From a virus (taxonomy: Duplodnaviria > Caudoviricetes): DNA of 24,572 bases. Of this stretch, positions 8,329-16,547 are shown piece after piece. How positions within the stretch are numbered: the first letter of the stretch is position 1; the number at the start of each line of letters is the position of its first letter. The stretch is from positions 1-24,572 of IMG/VR virus record IMGVR_UViG_3300035397_000041, one strand, 5' to 3'. A program made the position numbers and the translations under genes. Under the pieces are notes generated by a model that saw nothing but the letters and a program-made list of their open reading frames with translations, was not told the DNA's origin and searched no databases.

Positions 8329-8710
8329 AGTTCAATAATGATTGTTTTATATCATACACTTCCCGCATAGATTGTATATGCTGATCTCTCTTACAAAGAG
8401 CCTGTAGAGATTCTATTGCAGATTCTACAGTATTTTGTATTGATAGAAGATGAAGTTTTAAAGATGTTTCAAAAGCTTGGTTTGCTAATTGTTCAGTTGT
8501 ATAAAAATAACCCAAATAATATGGAGATAGTTTTCTACCTTTATAACCAGGGACATGTGTAATCGTTAAATCATCGCCTAAGATAATTTCCACAGGCTTT
8601 CGAAACGAAGTACACTTTAATGATTTACTTGAATACTTATAGGTATATGTCCAGAGATGTTCTCCAGGATTAACTATCCTATAAGTATTATCTACATATC
8701 TACTATTCAT
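8312..8710 (-). CDS. Hypothetical protein; paralog of 8714-9097
   Basis: Shared PG..LW...Y..S and aromatic-TT..L pattern. Confidence 0.7.
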   Translation of the reverse strand: MNSRYVDNTYRIVNPGEHLWTYTYKYSSKSLKCTSFRKPVEIILGDDLTITHVPGYKGRKLSPYYLGYFYTTEQLANQAFETSLKLHLLSIQNTVESAIESLQALCKRDQHIQSMREVYDIKQSLLNYAQVL

Positions 8711-8713
8711 GTT

Positions 8714-9097
8714 TTACTTAATCGATTCAGCTGATGAATAAAAAGAATCTATTAACTCTTTATGTTCTGGTGTAGTGGTAACTGATGAACACCTGTTAAT
8801 GGCTCTAGATGCCACATTAGCAGCATCTTTAACAATATACGATATTCTTCTAAGATGACCAGCCACCAATATTCTATAGTAATCCCAACATAAGTCAGAT
8901 GTAGTGAATAAGTGACACCATTGTACAATATTACCTTTTGCATCTACTGGTTTACCACTATCATCTACAGTAAGTGATGATGGTACCAAATTAGAATTAA
9001 CTCTAGTACCACTTCGCGAAACTTCATAATGACATCCCCACAGGACATCTCCAGGTTGTAATGAAGTACTAACAATTCCGTTAACTATTCTATTCAT
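8714..9097 (-). CDS. Hypothetical protein (start revised to ATG 9097)
   Basis: MNRIVNG... start avoids a long overlap with pnk and aligns with the paralog N-terminus. Confidence 0.7.
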   Translation of the reverse strand: MNRIVNGIVSTSLQPGDVLWGCHYEVSRSGTRVNSNLVPSSLTVDDSGKPVDAKGNIVQWCHLFTTSDLCWDYYRILVAGHLRRISYIVKDAANVASRAINRCSSVTTTPEHKELIDSFYSSAESIK

Positions 9098-9546
9098 CGT
9101 TGTGTATGTAACGTTTGTAGAAATGTCGAATAGTGGATTCCCCAACCGGATTGGGCCGTAAACTGTCCCGTTTAATGCACTCATCTAAGTCAGCTTCTAT
9201 TAATTTGAACTCTATTTCAGCCTCACACTCAACAGCTATTGCTGTTAAAGCAGCTATTGTTGCTAGATTAAGGTTAGTAGAATCCGATACAACATTGTAC
9301 CCTAATTTAAGGGCTGAACGAGTATTATCGAATTCCCATTGAGATATCAATTTTTCCTGAGATGGTATCCAGTATTTTCCACGCATATTACGTAGATCAT
9401 CGCGGTTAACTCTGACATAAGAAGTATCTTCTTCGATCAATTTCCTAGCGTAGGTGGTCTTTCCTGATGCAGGATTACGGTATCCCCTGTAGCACCAACA
9501 ACTTAGGCTTAGGGGATACTATTTCTTTGTTTAAATCGTTTATCAT
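9090..9546 (-). pseudogene. Polynucleotide kinase (AAA_33/T4 Pnk kinase-like) interrupted in Walker A by 7 nt; pseudogene or recoded
   Basis: ATG 9546 (TAATG overlap with ligase stop) gives ...LLVLQGIP*; after TAAT the +1 frame reads PASGKTTYARK...RVNRDDLR...DSTNL...CIKRDSLR; removing 7 nt gives a 149-aa protein with GIPASGKT. Confidence 0.85.
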
Positions 9547-10871
9547 TAATTATAAGTTTCAATATCTATTTTATTAGTGTCAAGATCTCTTGTCTCTTTA
9601 TCTAAGAAACGAAAACTTTTCTGCTTAAATGCCTCAGCCAGAGGACCTTCGACCTTCACCACAACTCCTTCTTCTGGTACTTTATTAACACATAAATAAC
9701 AGTCTTTCTCATTGTAAAGCTCTTTGATTTTAGCTAGTAAAAGATCTCTCCATTCATCGGTATCTTGACCATCCACATAAGGGACAAATTCCCAAGCATA
9801 GCCATAGAATTTCTCGATTACCGGAGTTAATCCACTAAGTTTACACCAGTCTTGTACCTGTTTAGCACTGAATTCGAATACTTGACCTTCGTTATTAGTG
9901 AAGGTGATTCGATACACATAGATCTTGTGTTCTCCGGGTTTACATCCATAATCCCATGACCCCTGAATGGAACCTCCACCAGGTAGATACCCAACAATTT
10001 CATAGTACAAAGTCATACCATTTAGCAAGTAAGATTTCAATTCTTCGCCAGCAATAGTCCAGATATCTTCTGAATAATAACCGCTTGGATTGGGATTTAA
10101 ATCTCCGTTTTTAATCACTTTACGAGACGAATTGATGTAATCATACTCGTAAGTAAAAATCCTAGCTAATTTTAATCGTTTCAGTATTCTTTCAAACCAT
10201 GTCAACTTACGTTTACATAGAACTTTGCTGCTAATACCACTTGTACCATGAACCTTATAGGTAATAGATATTAAACTATTCGGGGTAATCTTATGTAGAT
10301 TTCTTCCTAGTTGGGCAGTGTCGTAATGGAATCTAAATTGATTTTCAATTATTTTTGACTCCACAGGTTTACGACCTTTACCTTTATTACCTGATCCAGG
10401 CTTTCCAGGAGTACGAGTTCCTTTTGGGATATACTTTCTACAAATTTCAATACCGTATAATTCATCAAACTCATCTCCAAGCTCAACCATATCAGTTATT
10501 TCACTAATACCTCTTTTAGCTGCTATATACTTCAGACTTTCAATAGGAATAAATAAACCATTAGACTGGTGACCTCTGAATTTAATACACTTAATACGTC
10601 CATTCTCTTCAAAATAACCTTTTTTGGTATTATCGGAATTGGTTGTAGTGTCTCTAAATAGATTATTGGATGATAGAAATTCATTATCTAGCTGAGTCTC
10701 AACTGGAAAGTACAATCCAATTGTTCCGATTTCAGTGTCTTTGCCTATAATAACATGACACCCACAGATCATGGTACCCACGACATTGTCACAGGTAGCC
10801 AATTCTATCTTATTTTTAATTTCAACTACTGTAGCACAGTAATTAATGTTCTTCGGTTCTTTATGTTTCAT
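9546..10871 (-). CDS. RNA ligase (Rnl2/DRB0094-like) with N-terminal OB-like domain
   Basis: Motif I TYKVHGTS, YYEIVG, EEGVVVK, FKQKS; N-terminal IKFRGHQSNGL. Confidence 0.85.
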   Translation of the reverse strand: MKHKEPKNINYCATVVEIKNKIELATCDNVVGTMICGCHVIIGKDTEIGTIGLYFPVETQLDNEFLSSNNLFRDTTTNSDNTKKGYFEENGRIKCIKFRGHQSNGLFIPIESLKYIAAKRGISEITDMVELGDEFDELYGIEICRKYIPKGTRTPGKPGSGNKGKGRKPVESKIIENQFRFHYDTAQLGRNLHKITPNSLISITYKVHGTSGISSKVLCKRKLTWFERILKRLKLARIFTYEYDYINSSRKVIKNGDLNPNPSGYYSEDIWTIAGEELKSYLLNGMTLYYEIVGYLPGGGSIQGSWDYGCKPGEHKIYVYRITFTNNEGQVFEFSAKQVQDWCKLSGLTPVIEKFYGYAWEFVPYVDGQDTDEWRDLLLAKIKELYNEKDCYLCVNKVPEEGVVVKVEGPLAEAFKQKSFRFLDKETRDLDTNKIDIETYN

Positions 10872-11126
10872 CTTCTTTAATAAAATTTAAAGCTTCGACT
10901 AGACCGGCTTCTAAAGCCTCTTCGTATGAAAAATTTATCATTTGGACCACCGGTTAAGTACTTAATACAAGTACTTTTAGAAAGATCAATTATAGAATAC
11001 ATAAACCCATATCCAAATTGATTAACAGTAATACTTACTTACCCAAGAATGACCATACTTTTTATAGTAGGTTAGTAGTCTAGCTGTGGTTAATGCTTCA
11101 GCTTTTTCAATAGATAATCGTGTCAT
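10861..11126 (-). pseudogene. Small phage protein broken by two frameshifts
   Basis: MTRLSIEK...HSWVS, then +1 frame ITVNQFGYGFMYSII...GGPNDKF, then +1 again SYEEALEAGLVEALNFIKEDET*; the YEEALEAGL..AL tail is familiar from Bacteroidota phage proteins. Confidence 0.65.
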
Positions 11127-11368
11127 TTTACAAAATGGGGTTGTCCTGGCCTTGCTTTCCAGTATAAATGTTTCCAGCCTGCCGGAATATAGTGACTAAT
11201 ACCTTTAGCATCGAGTACTCTATGTCCTCCGTTGGTTGGATTAACACTTACATAACAAGGATCAGAAATTAGTAATTGAGTACCGTTTTACCAATCATAT
11301 ACTCTATATTCTTCGGTTGTTACCTCAAAGAATGTATAACTACCATTATTGATTAATTCTATACTCAT
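11123..11368 (-). pseudogene. Small phage protein (81 codons) with in-frame TAA at codon 27
   Basis: MSIELINNGSYTFFEVTTEEYRVYDW*NGTQLLISDP...GGHRVLDAKGISHYIPAGWKHLYWKARPGQPHFVK*; ATGA overlaps at both ends. Confidence 0.75.
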
Positions 11369-11715
11369 TTCTTAAATACTCTACCGAATAATTCGAATTG
11401 ACCTTCTATCTTGTCATGCTGTTTTTGCATAACTTCTTCCATTGTAACTCCCCATTTGTTCATTATTTGAACTAGATAGAACAATGTGTCTCCGGCCTCG
11501 TCAACAAATTGGTCACGAAATGTAGTTCGTTTACCACATGCTATATCATTATCTACACTTTCAGCATATTGCGACATATCTAGATAAAACCTAAATTTTT
11601 TAACCACATTAGCCAATTCCCCTAACTCACCGGCCAGAGCATTCATTGTGAAAAAATCATCTCTATTAGCTAGAGTATGTTCTTCTACGTATTTTACAAA
11701 ATCTTCTGTTACCAT
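11365..11715 (-). CDS. MazG-like nucleotide pyrophosphohydrolase
   Basis: LAGELGELANVVKK...DEAGDTLFYL. Confidence 0.85.
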   Translation of the reverse strand: MVTEDFVKYVEEHTLANRDDFFTMNALAGELGELANVVKKFRFYLDMSQYAESVDNDIACGKRTTFRDQFVDEAGDTLFYLVQIMNKWGVTMEEVMQKQHDKIEGQFELFGRVFKK

Positions 11716-11717
11716 AA

Positions 11718-12059
11718 TTAAAATTGAATAGATAATTGGTTACTACTGGATGATTGTTTTTTACCTATATTTACAGGAATACTACCAGCTACTCTACTGA
11801 TATTGTAGATTGGACGTAATTCATTGATGTATTGTTGTTCAGTAGAAAGCAATTCATTACATCCACAGAATTCCAAAACTCTAAATACAAATGAATCTAT
11901 TCCGATTTTATCCACTGCCCGTTGAAGTTCCCATGAATGATGAGTTCCCTTGTTTAACATTCTAACATGACTTTTAAATCTTCTATTAATATCAGAAGAT
12001 GACCCAACATAACAATCACCTGTAATATTGTTTATAATAGCATACACACCTGATTTCAT
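11718..12059 (-). CDS. Free-standing GIY-YIG endonuclease, catalytic domain only
   Basis: KSGVYAI...YVGSS...RRFKSH...EQQYI...YNI; ends just after a NUMOD3-like GKKQS. Confidence 0.8.
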   Translation of the reverse strand: MKSGVYAIINNITGDCYVGSSSDINRRFKSHVRMLNKGTHHSWELQRAVDKIGIDSFVFRVLEFCGCNELLSTEQQYINELRPIYNISRVAGSIPVNIGKKQSSSSNQLSIQF

Positions 12060-12260
12060 GGTAATTTATAGATATAGATTGTATCTGATACACCTCTTAT
12101 AGTAGTTATTCTTATCTCCGGAACTAACGGCGATGATACTTTTATATAATGATCAATCCATAACCAGTCTATAAGTTCGTATATACCACATAATAGTCCT
12201 ATACTAATAGCTCCTATTATCAATAAGAACCATATAAGTGGTCTTAAATCGATGCTCCAT
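12056..12260 (-). CDS. Small membrane protein; start uncertain (best ATG at 12260 is out of frame by +1)
   Basis: Hydrophobic LIWFLLIIGAISIGLLCGIY; in-frame alternative is TTG 12334 with a 71-nt thyX overlap. Confidence 0.5.
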
Positions 12261-12263
12261 ATA

Positions 12264-13442
12264 CTAGTATAAATGCGAACTTTCCAACATATAACGATGT
12301 TGAATAAATCCTTTAAAGTTATTACACCAACCAAGACTGTTAGGATAAACCCATATACCTTCTATCGATGGATGTTTAATAGAGTTGGGAACCCTCATTG
12401 TAAGGATTTCTCCTTTTATAAATCTGTTGGATTCTGTTATAGACATAGCTCTAGCACAATGTTCGAATGGAGACATATGTTTATTTGCTAGTAGTCGATC
12501 GTATAGTTCTAGATCCTTCTTAAGATCTATCTCTTTATCAAAAGTCATATACGATAATCTAGCACACCTAGCAATAGCTATTTTAACCGCTAATTTAAGT
12601 TCAATCGCAGAAAAATCATATGTTACCATACAACCGCTATCAGAGTTACTGTTCTCTTCTAGTTTATTAGCATAATCACAAGCTAGTGTCCTAAGAGCTT
12701 TAGGATCAATCTGATCACCAAATGGAATATGCCATTCTCCATATGCAAGTGTTTTAGGAGAACTTGCTTTCATAGCATCCCACATAGCTTCAGCTAACAC
12801 TTGCATATGAATCTCGGCTCCGGCCTGACTCATACTAAGCCAATCGGCTTCAGTCATTTGTTCCCAATCAGATGGAGTAGACCACCATCCCTCTACCGCT
12901 TTACGTAAGTCTTTACGACTCTTGTATGGAGTTTTGTTAGCATCGACTTTTATTGTATATTTCGGAGTTCTAAGATCAAAGAAGTTATCCCACTCGGTAG
13001 CAGTCACCAAAACGGTACACCATAAAAATGGTTCTAATAATCTATTACATAGTTGTTTAGTTAACCCTAAATTACTTGCGTAAGAAGACATCTTGATAGC
13101 CTCATTCCTAGCTTCTAACCAAACTTGAGTTAGATGGAATGGTATATCATCTTTAATTTCAGTGTCATTAGGTCTCACTAAGTCTTTTTCAGAGAAGTAT
13201 TCGGTACCTTGCATTCCTGTATGATCTTTCTGCCATGCTATAGGTATAAATGGATCATCGGATACCGATTCCAGCATTTTATTAAATGGAATAGCCCTAG
13301 AACTAGCTGAATTTTTAGTAAATAACCTATGGGTATTCAGTTCGGCAAGTATGAATCTAGGAAATGTGACCAACATCGATGTTATTCTATCTCCTGATGG
13401 GCCTACTGAGTCAGCCACTATTGTTGCACTAATTTTCTTCAT
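12264..13442 (-). CDS. thyX: Flavin-dependent thymidylate synthase, phage-type ThyX/Thy1
   Basis: AELNTHRLFTKNSASSRAIP, KQLCNRLLEPF, ARCARLSY, HMSPFEH. Confidence 0.88.
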   Translation of the reverse strand: MKKISATIVADSVGPSGDRITSMLVTFPRFILAELNTHRLFTKNSASSRAIPFNKMLESVSDDPFIPIAWQKDHTGMQGTEYFSEKDLVRPNDTEIKDDIPFHLTQVWLEARNEAIKMSSYASNLGLTKQLCNRLLEPFLWCTVLVTATEWDNFFDLRTPKYTIKVDANKTPYKSRKDLRKAVEGWWSTPSDWEQMTEADWLSMSQAGAEIHMQVLAEAMWDAMKASSPKTLAYGEWHIPFGDQIDPKALRTLACDYANKLEENSNSDSGCMVTYDFSAIELKLAVKIAIARCARLSYMTFDKEIDLKKDLELYDRLLANKHMSPFEHCARAMSITESNRFIKGEILTMRVPNSIKHPSIEGIWVYPNSLGWCNNFKGFIQHRYMLESSHLY

Positions 13443-13454
13443 AGTTACATTTTA

Positions 13455-13490
13455 AATGGCGACAGTAGTAAATCACCACTGTCGCTCATT
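13455..13490 (-). promoter_or_regulatory. Strong hairpin upstream of thyX (terminator or regulatory)
   Basis: GCGACAGUGGUG-AUU-UACUACUGUCGC 12-bp stem; weak U tail. Confidence 0.5.
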
Positions 13491-13494
13491 AATT

Positions 13495-13785
13495 TTATGC
13501 TTGACCACTCTTTGATAATAGAATACTTTCTTCATTAATTTTACCAGTATTCTGACTGTCTGCTGGCGCGATACCATCCACAGCGACATTTAGCGAGAAT
13601 ATAATAAAAGCATTGACTAAATCTTCTTTTTCAAATTTATTAAACGCGGGCCTGATTAAATCAACAGCATTTGGTATACTATTATCATTAGTGAGTTGGG
13701 CAGTAGTTAGTGCACCTATCAATTCTTTACGCATAGTGTCCAGAATCTCTGCTAGGATCTCTGGATTCTTAAATTTCTTACTCAT
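13495..13785 (-). CDS. Hypothetical protein (96 aa)
   Basis: ATGA overlap with upstream kinase. Confidence 0.7.
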   Translation of the reverse strand: MSKKFKNPEILAEILDTMRKELIGALTTAQLTNDNSIPNAVDLIRPAFNKFEKEDLVNAFIIFSLNVAVDGIAPADSQNTGKINEESILLSKSGQA

Positions 13786-14654
13786 AACAGTATATTTTTT
13801 TCTATAAAAGATAATAAAATCCGGTACATATCGTCCAGATCATAGTTATTTGTAATCACTAAATCAAAGTCTTTAAAATTGTCTAAAGCTGTCTCGGATT
13901 CATGATTGTCTGTAGATACTACAGAAGGTCTATTAACACGAATTATCAATCCATCGCGATCTTTAATAGCTTTAACTTCATTTGGAAAACGCATATCACT
14001 AATAAACCAATCCGGAAACTTGATGATGTCCTCAGATAATTCATTAGAAATGATAACACCTTTATAATCAGCCATTGTGGCATCCACCCAGGTATTATCG
14101 TTAAACTGTTTACGGAATAGATCAGTGCCTATAAACTGTAAAGCATCTCTATAGGTTCTTCTTTCTTGAATACAGTATCTACGATCGTAAAACATCATGC
14201 CATTAAATTCTGATAAATACCCATTATCATGAGATTGTTTAGCTTTGTTATACTTGTTAACCTCAATACTATCTGGTTTATCGAAATCTATACAATAAAA
14301 CTTAGGGTTATATTTAGTATAGAAAGCCTCATCTTGAATAAATTTATTACCACAAGACGCATACGAACCTCTAACCCTTTTATTCCATTCAATAGGCATA
14401 AAAGAGTTCTTAAACTCATCATCTTCAAGCTGTTCTCGAGTACATCCGGTAAGCATGCATATGATATCTTTTAACTTATCTGCATACTTCTTGAACTTCC
14501 ACCCTACATCGATTTCAATACTGTGATCTAGAACATAGTCTCTCATTGGAGGTAGTTGATCTTTACCTAATTTCTTAGATGCAATTATCCAGTTAAACAT
14601 TCTAGTTACAGAATCCTTACCATGTTGTTTCTTACCACTTACCCCAATAATCAT
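13782..14654 (-). CDS. Deoxynucleoside monophosphate kinase
   Basis: IIGVSGKKQHGKD, YADKLK, RDALQFIGTD, ISDMRFPNE, HESE. Confidence 0.9.
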   Translation of the reverse strand: MIIGVSGKKQHGKDSVTRMFNWIIASKKLGKDQLPPMRDYVLDHSIEIDVGWKFKKYADKLKDIICMLTGCTREQLEDDEFKNSFMPIEWNKRVRGSYASCGNKFIQDEAFYTKYNPKFYCIDFDKPDSIEVNKYNKAKQSHDNGYLSEFNGMMFYDRRYCIQERRTYRDALQFIGTDLFRKQFNDNTWVDATMADYKGVIISNELSEDIIKFPDWFISDMRFPNEVKAIKDRDGLIIRVNRPSVVSTDNHESETALDNFKDFDLVITNNYDLDDMYRILLSFIEKNILL

Positions 14655-14657
14655 TGA

Positions 14658-14933
14658 TTATTTTTCTGCTGTAGAGTTAAAATTCTTTTTTATCATCTCA
14701 TCCATTTCAAACATTGCTTTAGTGGAGTCAAGATCATCCATTAATTTATCTACACCACCGACTTTCTCTATAACTTGTTTAGTGCTAATAAGAGTAGCAA
14801 CAAACTCTAAATGACGAAAATTGTCATCGGACTGATCGTCAAGAAAATTCACTGATTTTTCCTTTACCATAATGGCTAAATCTTCTTTACTCATTGAATT
14901 AGCTATCAATGGTATCATTTTGAATATATCCAT
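14658..14933 (-). CDS. Hypothetical protein (91 aa)
   Basis: Clean ORF in operon. Confidence 0.7.
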   Translation of the reverse strand: MDIFKMIPLIANSMSKEDLAIMVKEKSVNFLDDQSDDNFRHLEFVATLISTKQVIEKVGGVDKLMDDLDSTKAMFEMDEMIKKNFNSTAEK

Positions 14934-14945
14934 GTTAAATAATTA

Positions 14946-15431
14946 TTAGTTTCCAGAACTACCAAATCCACCACTACCTCGTTCTGTTTCAGATAGAGTT
15001 TCTACTTCCTCGAATTCAATAGGAATTATTTCCTCGATATACATTTGAGCTACGCGGTCACCAACTTTATATGGAAACTCCGGATATTCAAAAATAACTT
15101 TTATAGGCTCATTAAGAACAAAGTTTCCGGGAGTGGTGTATCCACTGGTTGGAAACGCTCTAAATCTTACCTGATACTCACCTCGATAATCTGGATCTCC
15201 CAAACCAGGAGAATTCTGAATGTTCCACTGGGTTCCAGTTAAACTACTTCTTGGTACTATGGTAACTTTATGATTTACTGAAGGCTGCAAAGCAAATCCA
15301 AGTTTACAAATTACAAACCCAGGCTCTTTCTCAACGATTTCAGTAACCGTAACATCCCATCCTCCTGCCAATTCACTTCCGCGTTTAGGCAACTGGGCCT
15401 CCGGATGTAGTTTTTGAAACTGTACTTTCAT
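14946..15431 (-). CDS. dut: Trimeric dUTPase
   Basis: AGGWD, PRSS, GLGDPDYRGE, GDRVAQ, RGSGGFGSSG. Confidence 0.95.
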   Translation of the reverse strand: MKVQFQKLHPEAQLPKRGSELAGGWDVTVTEIVEKEPGFVICKLGFALQPSVNHKVTIVPRSSLTGTQWNIQNSPGLGDPDYRGEYQVRFRAFPTSGYTTPGNFVLNEPIKVIFEYPEFPYKVGDRVAQMYIEEIIPIEFEEVETLSETERGSGGFGSSGN

Positions 15432-15458
15432 ACTATCTTGATAAATTTTATTTTGTAC

Positions 15459-16172
15459 TTATTTAGGTATTGAACCAAAACATTGAATAAACTCTCTATT
15501 CGAGTATAATTCTTGACTAGAATCGCTTTGCCAGTACTCTTCGGTTTCCACATCCATAATAGTTAATTTACCAGCAAAACCAGCACCGGTATCCAGATTC
15601 CAGCAGTTGCATCTCTTCTCAGGCTTAAGCTGTCCGAGAGCAGTATGCCCTATGAAAACTTTATTATACTTCTTTGTACGATTAGCTGAGTGCCCATAAT
15701 GATGAGATACTCCTAGAGCTGCCCACATAGCACGATCCCATATATAATGAGATGGTCTATCATGTCCCAGACCCTCTTTATTAGCCCATCCCCCATGAAC
15801 ATAAGCATTGTTCAGCTCATCAACATAATAATAATGAGCCCTATCGAAGTATTCGACTAGATGAGTTACCATAGCACCAGGACATTCTCTATAGGAATCT
15901 ATAGTAGCCTGACCTCCTTGTTCAACCCACCGCAGTGGCTCAAGACCAAACTTTAACCAGTCACGAGTCCATTCATCATGATTTCCCATAATAGGAATCA
16001 TATTAGGTATGTTCAGTAGCGTTTCAACACATTCTGCTACGTCGGGCCACCCATCGCATACGTCCCCTAATACAAACAAACGGTCCACCTCTTTATCAAA
16101 GGCAGACCGTTGCAGTACTTGTTTAAGGGCTTTAAGATTTCCGTGGATGTCTCCAACAGCGAATGTTCTCAT
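15459..16172 (-). CDS. Metallophosphoesterase (lambda NinI/ApaH-like)
   Basis: GDIHG, LGDVCD, GNHD, VHGG, GHT, LDTGA. Confidence 0.92.
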   Translation of the reverse strand: MRTFAVGDIHGNLKALKQVLQRSAFDKEVDRLFVLGDVCDGWPDVAECVETLLNIPNMIPIMGNHDEWTRDWLKFGLEPLRWVEQGGQATIDSYRECPGAMVTHLVEYFDRAHYYYVDELNNAYVHGGWANKEGLGHDRPSHYIWDRAMWAALGVSHHYGHSANRTKKYNKVFIGHTALGQLKPEKRCNCWNLDTGAGFAGKLTIMDVETEEYWQSDSSQELYSNREFIQCFGSIPK

Positions 16173-16309
16173 TACCCTTTAATATTATCAACTATCTTAT
16201 TTACAATAGAATCACAAGGATTCATAAGATGATCGATAGTCAATATAATTGCTGGAATCACTGCATATATGCAAGCAATCAGCAGAATAACACTTAAAAC
16301 TTGTTTCAT
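16172..16309 (-). CDS. Small membrane protein (45 aa)
   Basis: Hand translation MKQVLSVILLIACIYAVIPAIILTIDHLMNPCDSIVNKIVDNIKG*; TAATG overlap with next gene. Confidence 0.65.
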   Translation of the reverse strand: MKQVLSVILLIACIYAVIPAIILTIDHLMNPCDSIVNKIVDNIKG

Positions 16310-16310
16310 A

Positions 16311-16547
16311 CTAAGTTCCTTCACATTGGTCTGGGTACTCTGTTGGAATAAAGAAACTCTTTACTTTTAGTATTCGGTGCGGGGGATAATGCTCAAACAC
16401 AACATTGTTATTGTGTCTGTACCCTCCAACAACTATAGCTGATGCATGTTCTCTTACTTTTTCAGCCGAATCAACTTTATAAGAGAAGACTCTGCCATCA
16501 TCTAGGTATACCCTGACAATAAACTCCTTTTTATCCACAGGCTCCAT
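16311..16547 (-). CDS. Hypothetical protein (78 aa; start revised to ATG 16547)
   Basis: MEPVDKKEFIVRVYLDDGRVFSY...EHYPPHRILKVK. Confidence 0.7.
   Translation of the reverse strand: MEPVDKKEFIVRVYLDDGRVFSYKVDSAEKVREHASAIVVGGYRHNNNVVFEHYPPHRILKVKSFFIPTEYPDQCEGT

Noticed and set aside
8752-8943. 63-aa minus-strand alternative-frame ORF
   Set aside because: Nested inside 8714-9097, which has paralog support.
9098-9184. N-terminal extension of ORF 8714-9184
   Set aside because: Overlaps the conserved pnk C-terminus; ATG 9097 fits better.
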